DNA of 64,000 nt. Source: Clostridia bacterium (GTDB lineage: Bacteria > Bacillota > Clostridia > Oscillospirales > CAG-272). The notes beneath the pieces are model-generated. The model had not been told where the DNA came from. It saw only the letters and a program-made list of their open reading frames with translations, and searched no databases. Position 1 is the first letter of the stretch. Each line of letters opens with the position of its first letter. This document shows, one piece after another, positions 45,100 through 54,322 of this stretch. The translations under genes were made by a program, and so were the position numbers. Where the stretch lies: assembly GCA_017467085.1 (NCBI GenBank), contig JAFTSW010000059.1:1604-65603 (forward strand), written 5' to 3'.

Positions 45100-46323
45100 T
45101 TATTCGCCGCGCAGAATATCCCCTTCGCGCAGGGCAACGTCGGTTTTTATATAAAAACGCATCTGGGGATGGGGGACGCTGGGAATGGGCTCCATTGCCT
45201 CATTGTAAAGCGCCTCCACCCGACAGGGAGCGCCGATTTTTCCGGGGGAAAGCACAACGGCTCCCTCCCCCTGTGAAAATTTATTTTTTTGTACGCAAAG
45301 GGCAAGCCCCTTGGCTTCATCATATGACAAAACGTCCGCTAAATATGCCTTTTCCTTAATGTACCCACCGTTTTGACAGGTGTTGGCGTTTTCAAAGGAG
45401 GGGGTGAAATAATAGCCCGTTCCGTATTCACGGTGGCTGACGCTTTCTAATTCCTCGCGCCATCTGGGGTCATACTGATATGCCCCTGTCCGATAGGCGT
45501 CTATTGCCATACGGTAGGCGTTGGTGACAACGGCGGTATAGTAGGCACTCTTCATACGCCCCTCAATTTTGAAGCTGTTAATGCCGCTTTCCATCAGAAC
45601 AGGGATATGCTCTATCATACAGGTGTCCTTGGAGCTCATTATAAACGCCTCGCCCTTCTCCTCCTCGATGGGAATGAGAATATCGGGGCGTTTTTCCTCG
45701 GTTACCACCAAGGCGTTCACCTTATAATTCCAGCGGCAGGGCTGCTTGCAGGCGCCACGGTTTCCGTCCTGCCCTGTAAAGAAATTGGAAAGCAGGCATC
45801 TTCCGCTATAAGACACACACATAGAGCCGTGTATAAACGCCTCAAGCTCCAAGGAGTCGGGGGTGTCTGCCCGAATGGCGCGGATTTCCTCCAGGGTCAG
45901 CTCTCTTGCCAGAACCACGCGCTTGGCACCAAGGGCGGCAAAGGCACGGCAGGCGGCGGCGCTGACGGCGTTTGCCTGGGTGGAAATGTGAATTTCCATA
46001 TGGGGCAAAACCTCTTTTACCAATGCCAAAACGCCTAAGTCTGCTACTATCAGGGCATCGGGCTCCATAGCGCCCAAGAGGGAGAGATATTCCCGAAGGC
46101 GCCCGTATTCGTGCTGACGGGGCATCGTATTGACGGTGATATAAACGCGGACGCCCCGACTGTGGGCATAGGCGATTGCGTCCTTCAATTCGTCTAAGGC
46201 AAAATTATCCGCCGCAGAGCGCATACCGAAGCTATGCCCTGCTAAATACACGGCGTCTGCTCCGTAGCGAATGGCGGCATTCATTTTCTCGCGGTTACCC
46301 GCGGGAGAAAGCAATTCAATCAT
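45100..46323 (-). CDS. U32-family peptidase-like protein (RlhA/TrhP-type)
   Basis: MIELLSPAGN...AIRYGADAVYLAG and the E..IHGSMCVSYSGRCLLS signature. Confidence 0.9.
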   Translation of the reverse strand: MIELLSPAGNREKMNAAIRYGADAVYLAGHSFGMRSAADNFALDELKDAIAYAHSRGVRVYITVNTMPRQHEYGRLREYLSLLGAMEPDALIVADLGVLALVKEVLPHMEIHISTQANAVSAAACRAFAALGAKRVVLARELTLEEIRAIRADTPDSLELEAFIHGSMCVSYSGRCLLSNFFTGQDGNRGACKQPCRWNYKVNALVVTEEKRPDILIPIEEEKGEAFIMSSKDTCMIEHIPVLMESGINSFKIEGRMKSAYYTAVVTNAYRMAIDAYRTGAYQYDPRWREELESVSHREYGTGYYFTPSFENANTCQNGGYIKEKAYLADVLSYDEAKGLALCVQKNKFSQGEGAVVLSPGKIGAPCRVEALYNEAMEPIPSVPHPQMRFYIKTDVALREGDILRGE

Positions 46324-46365
46324 ATGCAGTACCTGCCCTCAAGACGAGGGCTTCCTTTTTCTGAA

Positions 46366-47475
46366 TTACTGCTTGACAGCAAGCAGATTGATTTCCCAAC
46401 CGGGAATACACTCGATTCTTCGCAGATAATAGCGATAAAGAGAGGGATATTCCTCGGCAAGAAGCAAAAGCAAGGAAAAGATATCCTGGCTCTTATGATA
46501 GGCGGATACCAGCAGATTGGGGACGGCGCGCGAAATCAGCGAGGCAGAGCCCCTAAGCGACGCCGCCTCGGCGCCCTCGGTATCGAATTTGATGAGGTCG
46601 GGGGTGTCCTCTCCCACAACCGTCGCAATCCGCACCGTTTGCACGGGCGTTGCCTTATGCTGAAAGGAAGCGGTTTCATCCGTTTTTTGCAGGGTTGCGT
46701 TGCGGTTGCCGCTTTGCATAAAGGTCGCCTCTCCGTCAACGTCATAGGCGGCGGCGTGAATGGGGCGCACCTCGAAGGGCATATCCTCGGACACCTTTAA
46801 GAGCTTGGCAAAATTCTTGGCATCGGGCTCAATGGCGTACACACGGGAGAGAGAGGGGGCTTCTGCCCTCCATTTTGTCAACGTATCGCCCCGATAGGCG
46901 CCAACGTCTACCGCTATTTTAGCGCTTGACAGCCCCAAAAGCTCTCCTTCATCCTCGGTATAGACGGCGTTTTTCAAATAAGAAAGCCTGCCGCTGAGGC
47001 GGTATAAAATCAAGGAAACGAAGATGGATTGGGAAATAGCGTCTGCCAACAGGTCATAGGCGGCGATAATGTCCGCATAATGGGCGGCATAAAAGGCGGC
47101 GTCAAAGAGGGTTTTCTCCGCCAAGGGAAGCTCGGGAACACGCAGGGTATATTCTTCGTCCAAGGCGTACACGGTGTCCAGCACCTCGCGGCGGGTGCTG
47201 CCAAAGGCAACGAGAATGATAAAATCATCGTATTTCTCCCGTATTTCCCCAAAGGAAAGCACGCGGCGCCCGTGAAAGCTCTGCCCGCGGCAAAAGCCGT
47301 CGCTGGCAAAGAAATCGGCAATTTCTCTCCCCTGCTCCGCTAAATACGCCGATAGCTTATCGGCACCGTTTCCCGTGCCGTAGACAACGATGGGGCGGGC
47401 GTCCTCCCTTATTTCCTGCCAAAGGTCGCGCACAGCGCAAGGGGACGGTAAATCCGCTTTGGTATAAAATCGCAT
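46366..47475 (-). CDS. FkbM-family methyltransferase with N-terminal Rossmann-like domain
   Basis: Starts at ATG 47475 (RBS AAAGGAG). IAVDVGAYRGDT SAM-binding motif and LIKFDTEGAE. Confidence 0.8.
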   Translation of the reverse strand: MRFYTKADLPSPCAVRDLWQEIREDARPIVVYGTGNGADKLSAYLAEQGREIADFFASDGFCRGQSFHGRRVLSFGEIREKYDDFIILVAFGSTRREVLDTVYALDEEYTLRVPELPLAEKTLFDAAFYAAHYADIIAAYDLLADAISQSIFVSLILYRLSGRLSYLKNAVYTEDEGELLGLSSAKIAVDVGAYRGDTLTKWRAEAPSLSRVYAIEPDAKNFAKLLKVSEDMPFEVRPIHAAAYDVDGEATFMQSGNRNATLQKTDETASFQHKATPVQTVRIATVVGEDTPDLIKFDTEGAEAASLRGSASLISRAVPNLLVSAYHKSQDIFSLLLLLAEEYPSLYRYYLRRIECIPGWEINLLAVKQ

Positions 47476-47510
47476 AGCGCTCCTTTCCTTTGCTTTTTTT
47501 AGCAAAGCAC

Positions 47511-47538
47511 TTGCAAAAAAGAAAAATTGTGTTACAAT
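47511..47538 (+). promoter_or_regulatory. sigma-A promoter upstream of the HIT gene (TTGCAA-16-TACAAT)
   Basis: TTGCAA at 47511-47516, 16-nt spacer, TGtTACAAT ending at 47538. Confidence 0.45.
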
Positions 47539-47572
47539 AGAAGCGAAAATAAAAAAGAAACGAGGAACCGTT

Positions 47573-47911
47573 ATGGATTGTCTGTTCTGTAAAATTATTG
47601 CCGGGGAAATCCCCTCTACCAAGGTATACGAGGACGAGAAGGCATACGCCTTCCGTGACATCAATCCCCAGGCACCGACCCACATTCTGGTTGTTCCCAA
47701 GGCGCATATTGCCTCGGTGGACGCCATTTCTGCTGAAAACGCGGACTACGTTGCCCACATCTTCACCGTTATCCCTCAAATTGCCAAGGCAGAGGGCTTG
47801 GTTGACGGCTATCGGGTAGTTTCCAACGTGGGACAGCACGGCTGCCAAAGCGTCAAGCATTTGCATTTCCACATTCTGGGCGGCGCACAGCTGAAGGACA
47901 CGATGGCATAA
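47573..47911 (+). CDS. histidine triad (HIT) nucleotide-binding protein
   Basis: MDCLFCKIIAGEIP... and the HLHFHILGG histidine triad. Confidence 0.9.
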   Translation: MDCLFCKIIAGEIPSTKVYEDEKAYAFRDINPQAPTHILVVPKAHIASVDAISAENADYVAHIFTVIPQIAKAEGLVDGYRVVSNVGQHGCQSVKHLHFHILGGAQLKDTMA

Positions 47912-47935
47912 AGAATAGAAACGAAAATAAAAAAC

Positions 47936-48024
47936 GGTCGGTGCAATCCAAGGGCTTTCCTTATTTCGATTCCGCTTGCGGAAGAAATATTCGGAATCTG
48001 CCTTTCTTGCACCGACCTTTTTTT
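47936..48024. terminator. compound bidirectional terminator with a 60-nt structured loop
   Basis: Outer 11-bp stem GGTCGGTGCAA (47936-47946) / TTGCACCGACC (48007-48017), A-run before and T7 after. The interior holds TATTTC..TTCCGC-tt-GCGGAA-GAAATA and the alternative GATTCCG/CGGAATC pairing. Confidence 0.55.
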
Positions 48025-48040
48025 GGCGCGAAAAGAAGAA

Positions 48041-48382
48041 TTAAATCTTCTCTTTTACCTTCGCACTCTTACCGACTCTGTCACGCAGGTAGTAAAGCTT
48101 TGCGCGACGAACAACGCCGCGACGCGTAACAACGACCTTGACAACGTTGGGGGAATGCAGGGGGAAGGTTTTTTCCACGCCGCAGCCGTAGCTGATGTGG
48201 CGAACCGTAAAGGTTTCGGAAATGCCGCCGCCGTGTCTGGCGATAACGGTACCCTCAAACAACTGGATTCTCTCCTTGTCGCCTTCCTTGATTCTGTTGT
48301 GAACCGTTACGGTATCACCAATAGAAAAAGAAGGGATGTCGGTTTTCAACTGCTCATTTGCAAAAGCTGTAATCTTTTCCAT
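48041..48382 (-). CDS. rplS: 50S ribosomal protein L19
   Basis: Starts at ATG 48382 (RBS AAGGAGG). [53 protein letters not shown]. Confidence 0.97.
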   Translation of the reverse strand: MEKITAFANEQLKTDIPSFSIGDTVTVHNRIKEGDKERIQLFEGTVIARHGGGISETFTVRHISYGCGVEKTFPLHSPNVVKVVVTRRGVVRRAKLYYLRDRVGKSAKVKEKI

Positions 48383-48477
48383 TATAGCTTCCTCCTTACA
48401 ACAGAACATTCGTGCGGAGCGACGCAGAGGACTGTTCCTTTATCGTACTTCGGGTCACCCACAAAGCACCAATGTAC

Positions 48478-48506
48478 ATTCTAACACATAATTTTCAAAA
48501 ATGCAA
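48478..48506 (-). promoter_or_regulatory. sigma-A promoter for rplS (TTGCAT-17-TAGAAT on the minus strand)
   Basis: The reverse complement reads TTGCATttttgaaaattatgtgtTAGAAT. Leaves a leader of about 95 nt. Confidence 0.5.
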
Positions 48507-48547
48507 GATGTTTTTTCAAAAAAATTGCATTTTTTTATAAAAAACTG

Positions 48548-48577
48548 TTGTAAATTTTGCCCATAATATGCTATAAT
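48548..48577 (+). promoter_or_regulatory. sigma-A promoter upstream of the ApgM-like gene (TTGTAA-18-TGcTATAAT)
   Basis: TTGTAA at 48548-48553, 18-nt spacer, TATAAT at 48572-48577. The leader is about 107 nt with small hairpins. Confidence 0.45.
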
Positions 48578-48690
48578 CTTATAATGAAGTAATATGGGTA
48601 TTCACGCAAGGATTTTTCCTTGCCCTTCATACAGCGCATAGCGCTTCAAAAAATGTTGCGCCGCCCTTTTGCGGCAGAATGGAGCTTTCT

Positions 48691-49899
48691 ATGAAATATT
48701 TAGTAATCGTTTATGACGGTATGGCTGACCGCAAGGTCAAGGAGCTTGGCTACAAAACCCCGATGGAGGTCGCCAAAAAGCCCACGATGGATATGCTTGC
48801 CAAGAAGTCCGAGTGCGGCACCGTTTCCAACGTTCCCGTTGGTATGGTCCCCGAAAGCGATACTGCCAACCTTGCCATTCTATCCTATGACCCTAAGGTT
48901 TATTCCAAGGGTCGCTCGCCCTTGGAGGCGGTTTCTATGGGCATTGAGATGAAGCCCGACGAAACGGCGTACCGCTGCAACATTGTCACCCTCAGTGATG
49001 ACGAGCCTTACGAGAAGAAGACGATGCTTGACCATAGCGCCGATGAAATCACCACCGCCGAGGCGGACGTGCTTATCCGCGCCTTGGACGAGAAGCTGGG
49101 CAACGAGATGCGCAAGCTCTATACGGGCATCAGCTATCGCCATTGCTTAATCTGGAAGAACGGAAACGATAAGTATCCCTTCTCCCGTCCTCACGATATT
49201 ATTGGCAGATGCATTGAGGAATATCTCCCCTCGGGCGAGGAGGGCGAGCCCTTCTACCGCTTTATGCGTGAAAGCTACGATATTCTCAATCATCATCCTG
49301 TTAACGAGGCAAGAAGAGCCCGCGGTCTGCGCCCTGCCAACTCTGCCTGGCTCTGGAGCCCCGGCAAGAAGCCCGCGCTTCCCTCCTTTAAGGAAAAGTG
49401 GGGCGTTGACGCCGCCGTTATTTCTGCCGTTGACCTGATTAAGGGCATCGGTCTTTGCGCCAAGATGGAATCTATTGACGTAGAGGGTGCTACGGGCAAC
49501 GTGCATACCAATTATAAGGGCAAGGCAGACGCCGCTATTGACGCCTTCCGCCGTGGCAAGGATTTGGTATACGTACACGTGGAGGGCCCCGATGAGTGCG
49601 GTCACCGCGCCGAGATTGAAAACAAGGTGCTGTCCATCGAAAAAATCGATGCGAAAATTCTCACACCCGTTCTGGCTTATCTGGAAAGCACGGGCGAGGA
49701 CTTCCATATCGCTTGCTTGCCCGACCATCCCACTCCCATTGAAATCCGTACCCACAGTATGGAGCCCGTTCCCTTTATGCTATACCGCAGCGAAAGACCC
49801 GTGGCAGGTGTTGACACGCTGAACGAGGATACGGCAGAAGCAACAGGCAACTATTTGCCCGACGGCACCGTTCTGATGGAAAAGCTGATTAAAGGATAA
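48691..49899 (+). CDS. cofactor-independent phosphoglycerate mutase family protein (ApgM type; possible alternative homoserine kinase)
   Basis: ATG 48691 lies 6 nt after GGAG. MKYLVIVYDGMAD N-terminus, HVEGPDECGH and LPDHPTP metal-binding blocks of the ApgM / alkaline-phosphatase superfamily. Confidence 0.85.
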   Translation: MKYLVIVYDGMADRKVKELGYKTPMEVAKKPTMDMLAKKSECGTVSNVPVGMVPESDTANLAILSYDPKVYSKGRSPLEAVSMGIEMKPDETAYRCNIVTLSDDEPYEKKTMLDHSADEITTAEADVLIRALDEKLGNEMRKLYTGISYRHCLIWKNGNDKYPFSRPHDIIGRCIEEYLPSGEEGEPFYRFMRESYDILNHHPVNEARRARGLRPANSAWLWSPGKKPALPSFKEKWGVDAAVISAVDLIKGIGLCAKMESIDVEGATGNVHTNYKGKADAAIDAFRRGKDLVYVHVEGPDECGHRAEIENKVLSIEKIDAKILTPVLAYLESTGEDFHIACLPDHPTPIEIRTHSMEPVPFMLYRSERPVAGVDTLNEDTAEATGNYLPDGTVLMEKLIKG

Positions 49900-49927
49900 A
49901 GTACAACGAAAGCAGGAGAGATATACG

Positions 49928-50527
49928 ATGCAGGAAAATCAATCCCCCAAGCAGGGTGAGACGGCAGAGCGCCGCAAGCTCCTTGGCGATATATATGATT
50001 TTATAGAGCTTTTCGCCATTGCCGCCACTGTTATTCTCTTGATATTTTGCTTTTTGACCCGTTTGTCCGTGGTAGAGGGAGATTCTATGCAGAACACCCT
50101 CCAGGAAAACGACAAGCTGCTTATTTCCGGTCTGTTTTATACCCCCGACAACGGGGACGTGGTGGTTATTCAATCCCCCAAGGTAAACGGCGGTCTTGCC
50201 ATTGTCAAGCGTGTTATCGCAACAGCCGGGCAAACCGTGCGGGTGGAAGCCGACGGCACCGTCTACGTGTTTGATGCCGACGGAAGCGGCGGTGTTCTTG
50301 ACGAAGCCAGCGGCGCCCTTGGCTACACGGTGTATTATACCCCCGGGCTTCCCATTAACCCCTATGAGAAAATAGAGCTTACCGTTCCCGAGGGAAAGGT
50401 ATTCGTGCTGGGGGACCACCGCAACTATTCCTACGATAGCCGCGCCTTTGGGTGTGTAGACACCGCAACCATTCTCGGCAGAGTCTATTTCCGTATTCTT
50501 CCCTTTTCCGCTATGCGCGGCTTTTAA
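49928..50527 (+). CDS. lepB: signal peptidase I
   Basis: N-terminal TM, catalytic box EGDSMQNTL, VKRVIA, GDHRNYSYDSR. Confidence 0.9.
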   Translation: MQENQSPKQGETAERRKLLGDIYDFIELFAIAATVILLIFCFLTRLSVVEGDSMQNTLQENDKLLISGLFYTPDNGDVVVIQSPKVNGGLAIVKRVIATAGQTVRVEADGTVYVFDADGSGGVLDEASGALGYTVYYTPGLPINPYEKIELTVPEGKVFVLGDHRNYSYDSRAFGCVDTATILGRVYFRILPFSAMRGF

Positions 50528-50562
50528 GACATCTTTTTGATACAGTATGAAAGGAGAGCGAA

Positions 50563-51429
50563 ATGCCTTCTCAAACAGTTCAATGGTTTCCGGGGCATAT
50601 GGCGAAAACCCGCCGTGTGATGCAGGAATGCCTTTCCCAGGTAGACATTTCTATTGAAATATTAGACGCGCGCATTCCTCTCTCCTCCAAAAACCCCGAA
50701 ATCAAGAAAATTCTTGGGCAAAAGCCCATTATATCCCTTCTTTCCAAGGCATCTATGGCGGACAAGTCTGCCACCGAGCTTTGGCTTGAGGACTGTCGCC
50801 GCCGCGGCGTTCCCTGCCTTGCGGTTGATTCGGTGACAGGCGAGGGGATTCGGGATATTATGCCCTTAGTCCAATCTCTTTTGAAGGAAAAAATAGAGCG
50901 CTATCAAAGCAAGGGTATGACGGGGCGTCATTTGCGCGCTATGGTGGTCGGCATTCCCAACGTGGGAAAGTCCACCCTTATCAACCGTCTGGCAGGTGCC
51001 AAAAAGGCAAAGGCGGAAAATCGCCCCGGTGTCACCACGGTAAAGCAATGGGTAACGACGGAGATTGGCTTGGATTTGTTAGATATGCCCGGTGTTCTGT
51101 GGCCCAAGTTCGATGATAGAAAGACGGGCGAAAACCTGGCGATTACAGGCGCCATCAAGGATGATATTCTCGATATCGAGGAAATCGCTATGGTGCTTTG
51201 TGACCGTCTGCGTAGCTATTACCCCGCCCTTTTGACCGAGCGCTATCGCATCACCGAGGAGGAGATGGAGCTATTTGACGCCTATGACCTTTTCCAACGT
51301 GTTGGCAAAAACCGCGGCTTCCTGATGTCGGGAGGCGTGGTAGATGAGCGCCGCACCGCGCGTACACTTTTAGAGGAATTCCGAAACTTAAAAATCGGCA
51401 GAATAACCTTAGAGCATTGCAACCGCTGA
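50563..51429 (+). CDS. rbgA: ribosome biogenesis GTPase A (YlqF)
   Basis: QWFPGHMAKT, circularly permuted GTPase (LSKASMAD ... GIPNVGKST ... LDMPGVL). Confidence 0.93.
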   Translation: MPSQTVQWFPGHMAKTRRVMQECLSQVDISIEILDARIPLSSKNPEIKKILGQKPIISLLSKASMADKSATELWLEDCRRRGVPCLAVDSVTGEGIRDIMPLVQSLLKEKIERYQSKGMTGRHLRAMVVGIPNVGKSTLINRLAGAKKAKAENRPGVTTVKQWVTTEIGLDLLDMPGVLWPKFDDRKTGENLAITGAIKDDILDIEEIAMVLCDRLRSYYPALLTERYRITEEEMELFDAYDLFQRVGKNRGFLMSGGVVDERRTARTLLEEFRNLKIGRITLEHCNR

Positions 51430-51468
51430 TTTTTGACATTCTAAAAAGACGAAAGATGAGGTAGCGCT

Positions 51469-52071
51469 ATGCCTACTTTTGACATAGAGGAGGCTCTCAC
51501 GCAAGAGGGCTACGCCCATATTTGCGGCGTTGACGAGGCAGGGCGAGGTCCCCTTTCTGGTCCCGTGGTTGCCGCCGCCTGCATTTTGCCCTTGGGCTGC
51601 GTGATAGAGGGCTTGGACAATTCCAAAAAGCTGACGCCCAAAAAGAGGGACGCGCTTTTTGAGGTTATCAAGGCCAATGCCCTTTCCTATTCTATCGCCT
51701 CTGCCTCGGTAGAGGAAATAGACGAAATGAATATTCTCAACGCCACCCTTTTGGCAATGCGCCGCGCCATTACGGGCTTGTCCGTGCCCGCGGACTTCGC
51801 CTTGATTGACGGCAATATTGACCGCGATTTCCCGTTACCTGCCAAGGCGGTGATTAAGGGCGATTCCCTTTCCACCTCCATTGCCGCCGCCAGCATTCTT
51901 GCCAAGGTAACAAGGGACAGGCTTTGTATGGAGGACGATAAGGCGTACCCCCAATATGAATTTGCCAAGCACAAGGGCTATGGGACGGCGCGGCATATGG
52001 CGCTTATCCGTGAATACGGTCCCTCCCCCTTGCATCGCAAAAGCTTTCTCGGCTTTTTAGACAAGAAATGA
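51469..52071 (+). CDS. rnhB: ribonuclease HII
   Basis: GVDEAGRGPL, DSKKLT, and the HRKSF C-terminal block. Confidence 0.95.
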   Translation: MPTFDIEEALTQEGYAHICGVDEAGRGPLSGPVVAAACILPLGCVIEGLDNSKKLTPKKRDALFEVIKANALSYSIASASVEEIDEMNILNATLLAMRRAITGLSVPADFALIDGNIDRDFPLPAKAVIKGDSLSTSIAAASILAKVTRDRLCMEDDKAYPQYEFAKHKGYGTARHMALIREYGPSPLHRKSFLGFLDKK

Positions 52072-52478
52072 GAAGAGCGCAAGAGAATGCCGCCGTGTTA
52101 AGCAAAACCAAGCGCATTGGTCAAATCGGCGAGGACGCCGCTACCGCCTTTCTCTCCAAGAAGGGCTTTCGCATCCTGGCACGCAACTACACGGTGGGTA
52201 AGAACGAGATTGATATTATTGCACAGGACAGGGAGCATTTTGTTTTCTGCGAGGTAAAGGCACGTATCCAGGAATACGGCGTTCCCTCCCCCTTCGGGCG
52301 TCCTGCCTCGGCGGTTACCAAGGAAAAGCAGCGCAACCTGATACAGGCGGCTCAGTCCTTTGCCCTACGCCACCGAAAGGACGGCAAGCGCTTCAGATTT
52401 GACGTAATTGAGGTTTATCTTACGGCAGAGGAAGCCGTTTCCCATATTCACCACATAGAAAACGCTTTTATGCGATAA
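52068..52478 (+). CDS. YraN-family (UPF0102) endonuclease-like protein
   Basis: GEDAATAFLSKKGFRILARNY....EIDIIAQD....FCEVKAR. ATGA overlap with rnhB. Confidence 0.85.
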   Translation: MRRAQENAAVLSKTKRIGQIGEDAATAFLSKKGFRILARNYTVGKNEIDIIAQDREHFVFCEVKARIQEYGVPSPFGRPASAVTKEKQRNLIQAAQSFALRHRKDGKRFRFDVIEVYLTAEEAVSHIHHIENAFMR

Positions 52479-52509
52479 ATAATGAACACCAAACGAAAGG
52501 ATTTCTTCC

Positions 52510-53994
52510 ATGAAGTACAAAAGCACAAGAAGCACCGATGGCATTTTGATTGATTCCGCGGAGGCCATTAAAAACGGTCTGGCAGCCGATGGCGGTCTGT
52601 ATATGCCCCAATTTATTCCTACCTTGACCGAGGAGGAGCTTGAATCCCTCATTGAATGTCCCTACGCCCAGCGCGCGGCTTACATCTTTGCAAAATATCT
52701 GACGGATTATTCCATCAACGAGGTGCTGTCCGACGCTACCGCCGCTTACAGCGAAAAGCGCTTCCCCGGCGGTGCGGCTCCCATTCGCGACATTGACGGT
52801 CGCGTCACCTCCTTGGAGCTTTGGCACGGTCCTACCTGCGCCTTCAAGGATATGGCATTGCAGATTATGCCTCGCCTTCTCTCCCGTGCCTTGGTTAAGA
52901 CCGAGGAGAAAAGAACGGCGTTCATTCTGGTTGCCACCTCGGGTGACACGGGCAAGGCCGCCTTGGAGGGCTACCGTGATATTCCCCAGATTAAGATTAA
53001 GGTGTTCTACCCCATTGACGGTGTGTCCCGTGTGCAGAAGCTGCAGATGCAGACCCAGCTGGGCAACAACGTGGACGTGGTGGGCATTTACGGCAACTTT
53101 GACGATGCCCAAAGCGGCGTGAAGCGCATTTTCGGTGATGCGGACACCGCCCGTGAGCTGGATGAAAACGGCGTTTTCCTGTCCAGCGCCAACTCCATCA
53201 ACTGGGGCCGCTTGGCGCCGCAGATTGTGTACTACGTTTCGGCGTATTGCGATATGGTGGCAGAGGGGCAAATTTCTCTCGGTGAGAAAATCGACGTTTG
53301 CGTGCCTACGGGCAACTTCGGCAACATTTTTGCGGCATATCTTGCCAAGAAAATGGGGCTTCCTATCGGAAAGCTCATTTGCGCCTCCAATCAGAACAAC
53401 GTTCTGACCGATTTCATTCAGACGGGCACCTATGACAGAAACAGAGCCTTCCACACCACCGCTTCTCCTTCTATGGATATTTTGATTTCCAGCAACTTAG
53501 AAAGACTGCTTTATCTGATTGCGGGCAGTGAAAAGACCGCCGCTTATATGGCTGAGCTTGCCAAGACGGGGCGCTACACCGTTTCTAAGGAGGAGCTGGC
53601 AGAAATTCAAGAGAGCTTTGCCGCCTTCTACGCCTCCGAGGAGGACTGCTTTGCGGCATTGAAGGACGCCTACGATACCCACGGCTATCTGATGGATACT
53701 CACACCGCCGTTGGCTATCACGCCGCCTGTACCTATGCCAAGGAGGCAGAGGAAAAGCGCCGTATTTTGCTTGCCTCTACCGCAAGCCCCTACAAGTTTG
53801 CTTCCTCCGTTTTGTTTGCGCTCACAGGCAAGAACGAGGCAGGGGAGCTTGAGGCATTAGACGCGCTCTCCGCCCTGACGGGTACCGAAATTCCCGCGCC
53901 TCTTTCCCACCTGGACGAAAAAGAGGTTCGCTTCCCTGCCGCTATTGAAGCGGAGGCTATGAAGGACTCTGTTCTGGCATTTGCCAAGGCGTAA
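52510..53994 (+). CDS. thrC: threonine synthase
   Basis: MKYKSTRS..., GGLYMP, the PLP-lysine block GPTCAFKDMALQ, and TSGDTG. Confidence 0.95.
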   Translation: MKYKSTRSTDGILIDSAEAIKNGLAADGGLYMPQFIPTLTEEELESLIECPYAQRAAYIFAKYLTDYSINEVLSDATAAYSEKRFPGGAAPIRDIDGRVTSLELWHGPTCAFKDMALQIMPRLLSRALVKTEEKRTAFILVATSGDTGKAALEGYRDIPQIKIKVFYPIDGVSRVQKLQMQTQLGNNVDVVGIYGNFDDAQSGVKRIFGDADTARELDENGVFLSSANSINWGRLAPQIVYYVSAYCDMVAEGQISLGEKIDVCVPTGNFGNIFAAYLAKKMGLPIGKLICASNQNNVLTDFIQTGTYDRNRAFHTTASPSMDILISSNLERLLYLIAGSEKTAAYMAELAKTGRYTVSKEELAEIQESFAAFYASEEDCFAALKDAYDTHGYLMDTHTAVGYHAACTYAKEAEEKRRILLASTASPYKFASSVLFALTGKNEAGELEALDALSALTGTEIPAPLSHLDEKEVRFPAAIEAEAMKDSVLAFAKA

Positions 53995-54003
53995 GGCTTA
54001 AGT

Positions 54004-54039
54004 GAAAAAAACAGCACCGCAGAATACTCTGCGGTGCTG
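54004..54039 (-). terminator. terminator of the DUF1540 gene
   Basis: CAGCACCGCAGA-atac-TCTGCGGTGCTG. The T7 run is on the minus strand only. Confidence 0.7.
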
Positions 54040-54052
54040 CCTTGCCCATCCT

Positions 54053-54235
54053 TTACTCCTCGCGAGGCTTAAAGGTGGCGCAGATGGTTTCTGCGCTGGA
54101 GTTGGCATAGCTGGGTCCAACGGCAATCTCGGGTGCGTGACAGGCGCAGCCCTCTGCGTTGTACACGCAATTCGATACGTCGCAGGTAATACCCTTCAAT
54201 GCCTTTTCGCATCCGCAAACATTTTTCTGTTCCAT
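54053..54235 (-). CDS. DUF1540-domain small cysteine-rich protein
   Basis: Starts at ATG 54235. MEQKNVCGCEKALKGITCDVSNCVYNAEGCACHAPEIAVG is a DUF1540-type C..V..C.YN...C.A..I.V pattern. Confidence 0.75.
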   Translation of the reverse strand: MEQKNVCGCEKALKGITCDVSNCVYNAEGCACHAPEIAVGPSYANSSAETICATFKPREE

Positions 54236-54322
54236 TTTAACCGTTCCTTTGCTTACAAACTTGGGCTTTGCCCTATCGTATACGATACCCCAAAACAACG
54301 ATTTTTATACGGGAGATACAGG

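Noticed and set aside
52468-53454. 328-aa ORF antisense to thrC.
   Set aside because: Shadow ORF. The plus strand has the PLP-lysine motif and full-length threonine synthase similarity.
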